Positions 26,172-40,500 are shown, counted from the stretch's first letter. The stretch is 64,000 nucleotides of DNA from Octopus vulgaris (GCA_951406725.2 OX597815.1:152210001-152274000), one strand, 5' to 3'. Translations and numbers: made by a program. Notes: a model not told the origin generated them from the letters alone.

Positions 26172-28206
26172 TACGTGACTAGCTTGTCTTTAGTCAGTTT
26201 ATTTTGCTGTGGTGCTTTCTTGAGTCATAGCAAAGGCAGTGCCAATATCTTTTCCCAGTCTAATACATTGTAGCATGCAGTTAAAAATATATCAGTTGCT
26301 GTCAGGACTCTGACAAGAAATAACATTGAGAACGAACCTTCTTCATCAATGATTGGAACAACTCACTTTTTATTCAGACATACAAGTCAATTTTCTTATT
26401 ATTTTCATTCTCTAGGCAGTGAGCTGGCAAAAATGTTAGCACGCTGGGCAAAATGCTTTGTGGTATTTTGTCTGCCATTACGTTGTGAGTTCAAATTCCG
26501 CCAAGGTCGACTTTACCTTTCATCTTTTCGGGGTCGATAAATTAAGTACCAGTTACGCACTGTGGTCGATGTAATCGACTTAATACCTATGTCTGTCCTT
26601 GTTTGTCCTCTCTGTGTTTAGCCCCTTGTGGGTAGTAGAGAAATTGGTATTTTGTCTGCCACTACGTTCTTAGTTTAAATTCCGCCGAGGTCGACTTTGC
26701 TTTACGGGATCGATTAAATAAGTACCAGTTATGCACTGGTATCGATATAATCGACTTAATCCATTTGTCTGTCCTTGTTTGTCCTCTCTGTGTTTAGCCC
26801 CTTGTGGGTAGTAAGGAAATAAGAAATAGGTATTTTGTCTGTCTTTATGTTCTGAGTTCAATTCCCGCCAAGGTCGATTTTGCCTTTTATCCTTTTATCT
26901 AATCGACTAGCCCCTTCCCCCCAAAATTTCGGGCCTTGTGGGATTCTTGAATTGGAGGCTTGACTCGAATGCTTACAACAGAGTGGATTCTACTAAAGAG
27001 GCCCAAATTGTCATAAGGTGATGATATACCGAAGGGCATTTAGGTTTGTCACTTAAGTTGGTTAAGGTGGGATTTGAACTCAGAAGGCAGAGAGTTTTAA
27101 CAAATATTGAAAGCACATGGAATCCAACATTGTTACATATCTACAAATCCACTGCTCTGGATGGATATTTTATTTACTGACCCCTAAATACTGAAAAGTA
27201 AAGTTAAATTCTGTGGTATTTGTAGTCAGAGAACCAAGCATCAGAACAGATATTGCAAGCTATCATGCTACATTAACTGTCTGAAGATTCTACCAATTTT
27301 TGCCTAAATTATTAACTAAACTCTGAAAATACCAGACCTATTAAATAAAATATTGACTTAGGTTTATGAGATTTAGTTAACGTCATAATTCAAACCTGGT
27401 CCTGTATTATATATGGATTTCTCATTTCGTCAGAAATGTCCCAAATTTGTCGAGAAGTGGGTTTGGTCAATTGAGTTATTTCATTGTATTATTCAAATAT
27501 TTGCTTTAAACCAAAAGCTTGAAGTCATTAATACAATAATGTTTGCCATTTAATACAAAATTATCCCTGGGAATAGATTAAATATCATGATTGGCTGAAG
27601 ATATATTAGATGATTAATCTATTTTATTTTATCATATATTTCAAGATGTTAGATGTCTTAGAAACTGCCATCCTTCATTTATATATTTATGAATCTGGCA
27701 ATTCAAGAGGATCTTGTTATTATCTGAAGTTTAACCAGTCTGACAGTATCATTTTTAATGTAAAATAATACAAACACTCAATAAATAAATACCATTTTGT
27801 GACTAGATCAAATGGAATTATATCACTAGCTGTAAACATCTTCAACTAATTGAAGAAATCATATAATCTATGATACATGCAACATATTTTGTGATACCAG
27901 AATTTCCATATATTTGCATCCCTGAATATGCCATAAAGAGTTTTCATGTGATCAGACTAATATCGTCAAAGTTTAGATATTAGTCTGATTCCACATTTGT
28001 TGGCAATACTGTAAAGGTATAGATTTAATAGAAGTTGAAAGGAATTGAGAAACAGTCTACTTCACGGCATGTTACATATCGATCCAATTTACTCCAATCA
28101 TAACATTGTAGCTGTTAGATCAAGGCCATAAGAAATCAGCTGAGAACATAATCAATGAGGATTTAAAATACTGGATGTGGAAAATATGTAAAAATTGGCT
28201 ACTTAC

Positions 28207-28397
28207 AAAGATATGACATTTAGGGGAATCATTTGGGGGACTGAAATCAGTCCTCGATTTTGACAATTTACTCTCATTGGAAATCCATTGCAACTACATG
28301 TTTCGCAGATGGTTGAAGCAGCATGACTCTCTAATAGTAACCTCGTATACAGTATCAACACAAAAGTCAGCCTAAATGGTATGATTTGACTGAGCAT
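28207..28397 (-). CDS. First coding exon of an extracellular LRR protein: signal peptide + LRRNT cap
   Basis: Encodes MLSQIIPFRLTFVLILYTRLLLESHA-ASTICETCSCNGFPMRVNCQNRGLISVPQMIPLNVISL: a hydrophobic leader followed by the CxxCxC..VxC....L..VP..IP LRRNT pattern. Ends in TT|gtaagt (phase-2 donor at 28206). A polypyrimidine acceptor ttttcttcttttacag at 28418 implies an upstream non-coding exon. Confidence 0.9.
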
Positions 28398-28574
28398 ATT
28401 TCCAGATGTAGATTAATCTGTAAAAGAAGAAAATACAAAATATCAGCAACTTCAGCCACATACACGTACACATAAACATGTACACACACACACACACACA
28501 AAACATTAGGACTTTAAACATAGATACATGCAGAGAAACACAAACACACATAAACATGTATTCATTCACATTTC

Positions 28575-29692
28575 CGGCTCTATGTAGACAACGGTGGAGA
28601 AGTGTGGTCACCATTTATGACATGCGCTTTCCCGCAGCTCATCTCCATGACCGAATTGCAGTTGTGGATAAAAAAGAGGCCGAGGAATGGCGAATGGTAC
28701 TGCAAGTGTTGCGTTGCTCTGGAGCAATTATGCCATCCCAGGTCGACCTTGAGTGACTTCAACACAACCAAAGCATTCTATAGGGGATTAGTGGAGGGGT
28801 GGTACAATGATGATCTCAGGACAAACTTGGGCGTCTATGAGAAATACCTGACCCGCTTGTTCAAGACAACTTTCGGGCTGGGAGCTATGGACAACTACCA
28901 GAGATCCCTGGCCTGGCAGTGCTATCAAGAAGCGCTACCCATTCGGGATAAGCTCTACAGACATGGCTTGAGAAACATGGGGTCGACCTGCCCAAGATGC
29001 TGTCGGAGTGACGAAACCATTCTGCATGCACTCGTGCAGTGTCCAACCATTTCTGACCTGTGGACTTATGTTGAATGACTGCTGACATGTGTGGGACGGG
29101 TCAGATTATCAGCTGAACCTATTGTCAATATTTTCATGCCTCCTTCCTTCAAATGGGAAGGAAGAGATACTTTCATCGTACTTGTGGCTATGGCGAAAGA
29201 ATGTATCTGGTAGACACGTCTGAAAGGATTAGAGACAAACACTTTCTCTCTGGTCAATCTCTCATCAACTTTTTCAAGTATCATATGAAAAGGAAGATGA
29301 GAGTAGAGAGGCAAGTTTTGTCTAGCGAATGTTTCAAAAAAAGATGGGTGAATGTAGCAAGGATGGCATGTGTAAATGATCCAATGAACTGGAAAAAACA
29401 AAAAATTTAAAACAGAGTTACTTACTTGTAAATAAATGTATTAATATGTGACATTACTTCCTGAGGTAACCGTGGTCTTTTTGTAGGTTTTTGTTTCCAT
29501 AGATAAACCTCCCCAGTTTTTGGGAACTTTTTGTATTACTTTATATATCCCAAAGTGATTTCAATCCCTATTGATCACTGTCCCTAATTTTGTTTTTCAT
29601 CTTCTTTTGTTTTCGCCCCACCCACTGAAAAGAAAATCTCTACATTATATCTGTCCCCTCTATGTTCAGCCATGTGTGGCCAATAAAGAAAG

Positions 29693-29775
<83 letters not shown>

Positions 29776-29790
29776 CGTATCTGTCTATCT
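28575..29790 (+). mobile_element. 5'-truncated Tx1/L1-clade LINE with (TATC)n tail
   Basis: zf-RVT region QRSLAWQCYQEALPIRDKL...CPRC...ETILHALVQC; 3' end gtggccaataaagaaa followed by (tatc)n. Confidence 0.85.
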
Positions 29791-29849
29791 ACCGAAAGCT
29801 TGAAGCTATTAATACAATAATGTTTACCATTTAATACAAAATTATCCCT

Positions 29850-30395
29850 GGCGAAAGAATGTGTATGGTGGACGCGTCTGAAAGGTCTAGAGACAAACAC
29901 TTTCCTCTCTGGCAAATCTCTCATCAACTTCTTCAAGTATCACTTGAAGAGGAAGGTGAGAGTAGAGAGGGAAATTTTGTCTAGTGAATGTTTCAAAAAG
30001 ATATGGGTGAATATAGCAAGGATGGCACATGTGAATGACAGATCCACCTTGTGCATAGTCCTATGAACCAGATAAAGAAAGGAAAAAAGAGCGTCACTTA
30101 CTGTAATGTGTTTTTTGATTGATATTATTGCCCGAGGTTACCGTGAACTTTTCTTTCAATGGATAAACTTAATCTGTTTCCCATTTTACACTATGACACT
30201 TCTGTGATACACGATCCCTATTTTTACCATGATCTCTTTTGATCAACATTCTACCCCACCCTTTTTTTCTTTCCTTCCCAAACAGAAAAGCTCCACTTTG
30301 TATTTTATCTATTTTATCTCCTCTGTGTTCAGCTCTGTGTTCAGCCCTGTGTGGCCAATAAAGAAACATATCTATCTATCTATCTATCTATCTAT
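29850..30395 (+). mobile_element. Second short Tx1/L1 3' fragment
   Basis: Homologous to 29190-29700 and to the reverse complement of 36790-37330; (tatc)n tail. Confidence 0.85.
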
Positions 30396-30426
30396 CTCCC
30401 CCTCTCTTTCTCTCTCTCTCTCTGTC

Positions 30427-30560
<134 letters not shown>

Positions 30561-31839
30561 CTAAGTTGACAACTAAGTTCCTGCCGTTTTTTTAAATTTT
30601 GGAATTTATTGCGTTTTTAAATTTTGGAATCTTTTTTTCTTTTTGAGAATTCTATTTTCGAATCATTTTGGAATATTTTTTTTTCTAGTTGATTTTATTT
30701 AATTTTTGTTTATTTTCAAATCATTAAAATGGAATGTCAAGTTAAGAAGAACACGCATTTTCGACACCTCCTTATTTTTGCTTTTAATCAAGGTTCTAAG
30801 GCCGCAAAAGCTGCTCACAACATTTGTGCTGTGTATGGAGAGGGTGCCATAGCTGAAAGGACCGCTCGTGATTGGTATGCCAGATTCAAAGATGGAAATT
30901 TTATCCTCAAAAACGCACCTCATTCTGACCGTCCAGTTGAGTTTGATGAAGAGCGATTAAACTAACTTTTGCACGAAAATTTTCGTCAAACGACAATGGA
31001 ACTGGCAGAGAAAATGCTTCCACACTGCTATCGAGAAGCATCTTCACTCGATGGGGAAAGTTCAGAAGTATGGAGCATGGGTTCCGCATGCTTTAAGCAA
31101 CAACAACAAAAATCAACAGGCCACAATCTTCGCTCATTTGCTTGCTCGTCACCGCTCAACTCATGGCCACAAGCAACGATTTCTTTACCGAATCGTTACT
31201 GGCAACGAAAAATGGTGCCTGTACATTAATATGAAGCAGCGTAAGGAATGGCTTAGCCTCGGTAAACAAGTGACACCGCATGTGAAACAAGATCTTCGTC
31301 CGCGTAAAATGATATTGTGCATATGGTGGGACTGGGAAGGGATTATCCATTACGAATTGTTGGAACGGAACCAAACAGTCAACGTGGAACTCTATGTTCA
31401 ACAGATGAAACAACTCAAGATGGCTATTGAAGGGAAAATACCTAATCGGCAGCATGGAGTTCTTCTGCTGCACGACAACGCCCACCATCATATTGCCATT
31501 ATGACGAAGGAAGGCATTCAAACGCATGGCTGCGAAGTGCTGTCACACCCGCCGAACTCTCCTGAGTTGGCACTAACGGATTTCCACCTCTTTCGAACTC
31601 TTTCAAATGTTATGCACGGAGTTTCGTTCAATACTGATGTAGAATTGAGAGCTCAATTGGATCAATTTTTCGAGTCGAAATCGGGTGGTTTCTACCAACG
31701 AGGTATTGAAAATTTTGCTGAACGTTAGGGGGAAGTTGTAAACAACAAGGGTGAATACATTATTGATTAATTAGTTTTTTTTTATTAAACCTTTTAAAAA
31801 ATTTTAATTTAAAAAGGCGCTGGGAACTTAGTTGCCAAC

Positions 31840-31843
<4 letters not shown>
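30561..31843 (+). mobile_element. Full-length (~1.28 kb) mariner transposon, inactivated
   Basis: TIRs CTAAGTTGACAACTAAGTTCC / GGAACTTAGTTGCCAACCTAA within a (TA)n array. Transposase 30729-~31769 has WVPHAL, IVTG(N)EKW, LHDNA and HPPNSPELALTDFHLF; stops, a frameshift and D-to-N at the first catalytic Asp. Confidence 0.93.
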
Positions 31844-31890
<47 letters not shown>

Positions 31891-32058
31891 ATTCAAAGGA
31901 ATTCCAATTCTGTTTTTTATGTTTTATTTATATTCTTTATGATATTAGTGTAGAATATAGAATATATAGTATAAACAGTATATATAGTAAAATGAAATGA
32001 AGTATTGATTGTCTTACTGAATAGATGAAATATTGAATATCAAATATTAAATATTAAG

Positions 32059-32100
32059 GGACTAGTATACTTTCTTGCATTAAAGCAGTCTTCAAGGTCC
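32059..32100 (-). ncRNA. Minimal type-I hammerhead ribozyme-like motif (PLE-associated, slightly degenerate)
   Basis: Minus strand GGAC-CUUGAAGA-CUGCUUUAAUGCAA-GAAA-GUAUAC-UA-GUCC: stem I GGAC/GUCC, near-canonical CUGANGA core, GAAA, palindromic stem III. Lies ~230 nt downstream of the Penelope ORF on the same strand. Confidence 0.55.
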
Positions 32101-32319
32101 CCGGTTGTGACAGGAGTGTTTCAACTGTGGCTGACTGGCGGTCTTTTGTCCTTTATATACGTTCCTGTGGACAGCAGTAGTAGTTGTTTGGCTATTTTTA
32201 GAAATGATACCAAACCATTTTTCAATGTATATTTTTAGGACTGATGACAGCAGTACTTTTTAGAGATTTTTTGTGTTTTAGTTATAGGGATAAGATTTTA
32301 AAACTCCAAATAAGATTAA

Positions 32320-33120
32320 TTTAATCATTATTTGCTAAGCTTGGGTTTGAATTTCGTAATAAAGTCCTTTTTTCTCATTTTTCTCTCAATTTCATTCAGG
32401 TTGTAAAGTTTATGAAATGGGAATATCATAAAAGTTTTCTGACCACATGTTGCCAGATGGTTACTCAGTGGTATTTGGCAGACTTCTGGGTTTTTAATTT
32501 GTTGTCAATGCACACGCGAGTGTTCTGATAGTGCATTACCTGTCTGGCCAACATACAGTTCTTCACAATTTGGGCATTTGATGCAGTAGATTAAATTTCT
32601 GCTTTTGCAGTTCATGTTTGCACTTGTGAATATTTTCCCTGTTTTTGTGTCCATATATGGGCCGGTATGAATTAATTGTGGCATGTACCGTATTGGCTAT
32701 CATTGCATTTAGACACAGTGAATGGTTGATCTTTGTTGCTAAAGTCAAACCTTGCCTTTGTTAATAACTTTGTCAAGCTTTTAGGCTGTCTCTTACTGAG
32801 AGTTAAAGTTTGATCTGTAATGATATTTCTCAATTCCTTACTTTGTGAAATGATTGGTAGGTTTGCTTTAGCAATATTGAAGATGTTTTGGTAGCATGGA
32901 TTGTGTGTCACTATAAATGGTATGATTTGTTCTAGTTTTTCTCTTCTTTGTGATATCCTCAGTTGTTGCATAGCCCGCTAAATACCATTTTCTATAAGTA
33001 GGGACGGGTTTTTTTTGTTTGAGCAGAAATTCTTTCAGTTCCATCAGGTCTTTAGATCCTCTACAATAGTACAGATTCTTCTGGCTAAGCATTATGGGAT
33101 GTTATGTTTTGTATGCAGTG
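32320..33120 (-). mobile_element. Penelope-like element fragment (RT C-terminus + GIY-YIG), decayed
   Basis: IPFIVTHNP...NIFNIAKANLPII...SKRQPKSLTKLLTKA, YCIKCPNCEELYVGQTG, PLSNHLATC. Confidence 0.8.
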
Positions 33121-33139
33121 GATGAATCGTGCCATCCAC

Positions 33140-34587
<1,448 letters not shown>

Positions 34588-35326
34588 ATTATAATATGGC
34601 TTCGTAAGTTACTGAGAGAAAGCTACTATGGAAGGCTCATAGTATAATAACTATATAATAACATATAATAATATTTTATTCTCTGGTTCGAAGCAACAAT
34701 TTATAAATACAAACAAATGACTGAAAAATGATGAGCTAACCCCACCCAGAATCAAACCCACAAATCAACACTAACATCCAATTGGCCAAATGCTCATCCA
34801 TCAATTTCAGCCAAATTTAGTTAATATATACTTGAAGAGAAAATAAAATATTGTTATGGTATGTTATTATACGGTTATCAGTATACTATGAGCCTTCCAT
34901 TGTAGCTTTCTCTCCATAACTTACAAAGCCTTGCGCGTTTCTTTACAAATATTATATGTAGTATGTCTTTCCATTCTGACTTCAAATTCCACCGAGGTCG
35001 ACTTTATCTTCCATCCTTTTGGAGTTGATAAATTAAATACCTGTTGCGTATTGGGTTGATCTAATTGACTGCCCCCACCAAAAACAATTTCAGGCCTTGT
35101 GCTTAGCGTAGAAAATGTTATATATAGCACGTATTAGACGGTATATATTAACTAAATTTGGCTGAAATTGATAGGTGAGTGTTTGGCTAATGGGATGCGC
35201 AAGAATTCCTGTTATCATCGATATGTGGGTTCGATTTTAGCTGGGGTTAGTTCATCATTATCCTGTCATTTTTCTGTATTTATAAATTGTCACTTCAAAC
35301 CAGAGAATAAAATGTTATTATACAGT

Positions 35327-35386
<60 letters not shown>

Positions 35387-36789
35387 GGTGTGTGCATATA
35401 TACATACATATATGTTCATGCATACATATATATATATATGTATATATGCATATATGGGTACAGGACGTCAAAAAAACGTGAACAAAATGAAAAACGAGAA
35501 CATAAAGCGAAACCTGGAAAAAGAATTTTTTTCGAACAACGAAAGAAACAAATAGAGAAATGAGACAGGCAACATAAAGAATGATCTCTTCATCAGTTGC
35601 CCCCTGTTTTATCTACTCCACGTTTCGAACGTTGGGACAAGAAGTGACTTCGTTAAAACAGTCGTTCCCCGGGTATAATTTTAAACTACATCAAGTAGCT
35701 TGGTTCGGGAATTTTAGGTTTTCGAAGAGCATGAAACTATTTTTGTATCACTGTTATATCAAACGAATAGAAGTTTGACGGAGGAGAGAATAGGAGTGGC
35801 TCAGCATAAACCACACCTGCTGACTTGTGCAGTAACCTTTTGAGTAATTTATTGAGTGTAAACCCCTATAAATAACCTTGTGGGAGGGCCGATAAGGCAG
35901 ATATGTACGGTTATATTTAACTAATTTCTAGTACCCTCTGCGGCTCCTCCTTTGGTTCTGAGAAAGTAAGGATTTGTTTTCCATTTGGGGTATATTGATG
36001 AGCTAAGAGGTGAAGGTAAGTGTAGTTAGAGCTAGGTACTTGCGTCTAAAAACAGTCAAGATACATCAGAGGTGTTTAGGTTTAAGGACGAAAGGACAAC
36101 CAAATCACGTATGTATATGCGTGTGTCTGAGTGTGTGTGTATGTATGTATGTATGTTTGACTGCATGCATGTATGCATATATGTACGCATGTATGCATCT
36201 ATAACATTAAAAGCAGCAATCTTTCCAATGTTATTTTGAAATCACAACATAAAACAAGATTTAAGGAAAGAAAATTATCATTTTACCTTACAGAAGTCAA
36301 TGTTGAAATACCAAGCAGATATTTTGACGACTCATTCAACTGCTAAAAGTAAAGCTTGTACTGATATACTTTGCCAGCTGTCTTAAGCATGACGTAGATA
36401 TTGTTAAAATATGCAAGAAATGTGTGGGTTTTGGTTCAAATTACCATAAACAAGATGGTCAAGGATAAGCTGTTCATGCATGCAAAATAGGCGAAAGAGT
36501 AGCTGTAGTCAAATGACTGACACAAATAAAAGAATACACACCCATACAAATACGATATGTGTGTGTATATATTCTGAGTCATTGTTGCACCACTACGAAG
36601 CACTGGAGTTGGGTTTTGCCCACACATGTGGTCGATTGTCTCCATACATCGGAGAGCATTTGAATCAAGTGATCATACGACTGCACTTGAAATAGGACGG
36701 GGATAAAACCACCAAATATATCGTGGCCTAATTTTTTCATTACCAATCAGGGCTTTGAATGCTATGTGTTGTTGCAATTAGATAGGAAG

Positions 36790-39700
36790 ATATGTTTCTT
36801 TATTGGCCACACAAGGCTGAACACAGAGGGGACAAAATACAAAGTAGAGCTTTTCCTTTTGGGAAGAGAAGAAAAATATAGTGGGGGGTAGAATTTCGAT
36901 CAAAAAGGATTGTGGAAAGAAGTGGAAAAAAGTGGGGGACGATCAGAAGGGATCGTGTATCACAGAAATGACATAATGTAAAAGGGAAAACAGATTAGGT
37001 TTATCCGTAGAAAGAAAAGCCTATGGAAAAGACCACGAAAACCTCGGGCAATAATGTCATGCAAAAAACACATTACAGTAAGTGACTCTCTTTTTTCCTT
37101 TCTTTTTCTGGTTCATAGGATTATGCTCAAGGTGGCACTGACATTCACATGTGCCATCCTTGCTACATTCACCCATTTTTTTTTTTGAAACATTCACTAG
37201 ACGAAACTTCTCTCTCTACTCACACCTTTTTCTTCAAGTGATACATCAAGAAGTTGATGAGAGATTCACCAGAGAGGAAAGTGTGTCTCTAGATCTTTCA
37301 GACGTCCACCATACACATTCTTTCGCTTTAGCCACAAGTACGATGAAAATGGTTCTTCCTTCCCGTTACAAGGAAGGATCTCTGACAATATTCATGATAG
37401 ACTCGGTTGATAAACTGACTCATTACACATGCGAAAGAAATCATTCGACAGGCCCACAGGTCGGAAATGGTTGGACACTGCACGAATGCGTGCAGAAAGG
37501 TTTCGTCACTCCGACCGCATCTTGGGCAGTTCGGCCTCGTGTTTCTCGAGCCATGCTTGTAGAGTTTATCCCGAACGGGTAGCGTTTCTCGATAGCACTG
37601 CCAGGCCAGGGATCTCTGGAAGTTGTCCATAGCTCCCAGCTCGAAAGTCATCTTGAACAGGCGGGTCAGGTATTCTTCGTCGACGCCCAGGTTCACCCCC
37701 AGATTGTTGTCGTGCCTCCCTTCGACTAATCCCCAATAAAATGCTTTGGTTGTGTTGGAGTTACTCAAGGTCGACCCGGGACAGCATAGTTGCTCGAGAG
37801 CAACGTGATACACGCGGTGCCATTTGCTCTTCATCGGCCTCTTTTTGATCCACGACTGCAGTTCGGTCATGGAGACGAGCTGCGGGAAAGCGCTTAGTAC
37901 AAATGGTGACCACACCTATTTACCGTCGTCTACGTAGAGCCGGAGTTGTCGCAGTCGCAGCTCGTGTCTTCGCATCATCAACCACGGCATGTCCAACCCT
38001 CCTTTCAACGGGTGTTGGCAGCAAACGGATCACCTGACCATCAGAATGCTTCCTTTACACAAGAAGCGGAAGAGGATGCGTTCCAGTTTGGTGGATGACA
38101 GACGCGATGTAGTGGATGACAGACGCGATGTACGTGTTCGCTACTTCCGCCTGAGCTTTTAGGGACAGCTTGCTCTTGGCCCATTGCCGGGCGAGAGTGG
38201 CCACCCTAATCGTTATCTTGTTCCATTTCTTCGCCGTTTGGAGGTCTGGACCAAACCAGACCCTGAGCAACTCGACCGGACCGTCGGTCCAGCATCACAT
38301 GACAGAGGCGCTGGTGAATGGCATGGGCTTGCTTCTCCAGGTGCTGAGCCGCAAGCCCACTGACTTTTCCCAGTTGATTTTTTGCTGCTGTTACTGTTTC
38401 GTAGTCTTTCAGTGTCTCGCCGACCAGCTCGATGTGCTCCTGGCTAGACACTATGATGGTGACGTCGTCCACGTATGTGGACACGCTCGTCCCGCATCCC
38501 AATTCTCACGGGATGCCCCTCAACGTCGCCAGCTTTTGCAGTAGTTGTTCGAGAGTCAATACATACAGAAGCAAGAAGAGGGAGCTTCCCTGACGGACCG
38601 AACGTGCTATGTCGAAAGGTCTCAATAGATGTCCATTCACGCGAATTACTGAACGGATGCCTCTGTACAAAGCAGCTATCCAGCCGTGGAAGACGGGCCC
38701 GAAACCAACCACTATGAGGACAGCCTCCAAGTATCGATGGTCTACCCTATCAAAAGCTTTGGATTGATCCAAACTAATCAGGGCCCCACTCATGTCAGGT
38801 TCCTTAACTACCCTGTCTATGATGTAGCGCATCAGATAGAGGTTGTCATGGATGCTCCGGCCTGGCACGGCGCACGTTTGCGCCTTGTCGACCAGTTTCT
38901 CAATTACAAGTGCCAACCTCTTGGTTAACACCTTAGCCAAAATGTTCAAGTCTGCATTTAGCATAGTGATGGGACGAAAGTTATGTATTACGTTCTCCTT
39001 GTTTGGATCTTTCTTCAGCAGTGTTACGGCTCCTCGGCTCCCAAAACCGGGCTTGCTCCCGTTTTGCTGCCAGTTGCAGTACACTGCTGCCAAGACGTCT
39101 CCAAACAAGTCTGGCATACAATTGTTAAGCTCGTAGGGTAGACCATCCAAACCCGGTGATTTGTCCCTCGAGCATTCCGCCATTACGTCCTGCACTTGCG
39201 CTGCCGTAATGGTACCTTCGCAGCCCTCTGACTCTCTTGTCGAGAGTCATGGCAGGCTGTGATGGTAGACACTGAAGTCCACCCTGCGTTCACGCTTGCT
39301 AGTCGTCCTGAACAGTCGGGCAAAATGCTGTTGAAAGGCCTCACACATTTTACTTGGCTCAAGTAATTTGCGTCCCTGTTCATCTACCAGAGACCGAATG
39401 GTGGCTTTGTTTCTCTGTTGCGCCTCCGCCACCTGGGCCTCTCACGCGGCTCCAACAACTTCGTTCCTTAGAGCACGCATCCTAGCCCTGACAACACACC
39501 CTTCGTGTTTAGCGTTGAATTGTTGTTCGAGGGCCAACCTCGCCACCAAAACGTCGGATGCGAATCCACTTCTAATCGCCACTTCTAGCTTCTTAACTAC
39601 TCTGTTTCTACCTATTGCTAGTGCTTTGCCATACTTAATCGCTTCTGCTTTTACAGATCTCTTGAGGGCCAACCACTATTTGTTGTTGTTGATGGCTCCC

Positions 39701-40500
39701 GTCAAAGCCCTCTTTACTAGTGTGCTAATCCGGTCTCTGAAAACCTGTCTCGACGGGAAAGACGCGTTCAGTTTCCAGTAGCCGGGACTGTGCCTATGTG
39801 TCTTATCTAAGTCTAGCGTATACGTCACAAATTTGTGATCCGTGTAGCTGACTATGTGGAATTGTGTACACCTACGCTATCTCTATCTACTGTTCTACAC
39901 AGTATCCTATCTAGATACTATCACGGTGACCCGATGCGGTTACTCCATGTCCACGTTGGCGCATTCAGATGGTCGAGTCGGAACCTATCAGACAGTTGAA
40001 AGCGTCTGAGCAGGTGTCAGAGGCATTTGCATCCCCGTCTATTCCTATCTCTGCCCATGTAGTCTTGATGCGTGTCCAAGGTAGCATTACAATCCCCCAC
40101 TAAAAGTAAAGGATGAGACATTCCTAGGAATACTTTAGACGTCGAAAAATATCTGGCCGACCTATTAAAGGCGGTGTGTAGACTGATACGAGTCGAAAAG
40201 CGCACCCATTGCTGCCGTCGACATACAGGACAACCAGTCTTCCTTCCGGGTCTACGAATATTGTCTTTACATCGAGGTCCAGACTCTTCCGAAAAAGTAC
40301 CGCTGTGCCACTACAGCCTATTCTCAGCAGACAGGGATCAAAATAAATGTTAAACTGTCTTCCAAACATGGACTTTAGGGCCCGTGGATTATGGAGTCTG
40401 GTCTCACTTATGGTTATGGTTTCTTGTTCATGTGACTTTATGTTGTTTAAGAGGTACCCTTGTTTCCAAGGGTACCCCAAGCCACGCACATTCACACAAC
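36790..40500 (-). mobile_element. Tx1/L1-clade LINE, near-complete ORF2, decayed
   Basis: APE endonuclease (MNVRGL, ISETRL, LLVGDCNATLD), RT (KSPGLDGLPYE, FRPITMLNAD, SLDQSKAFDRVDH, VRQG, YVDD), zf-RVT; many stops and frameshifts. Confidence 0.9.

Noticed and set aside
36280-36300. Candidate donor of the LRR gene's 5' non-coding exon
   Set aside because: gtaagg/gtaaaa motifs are present but there is no independent support; the promoter cannot be located from sequence alone.
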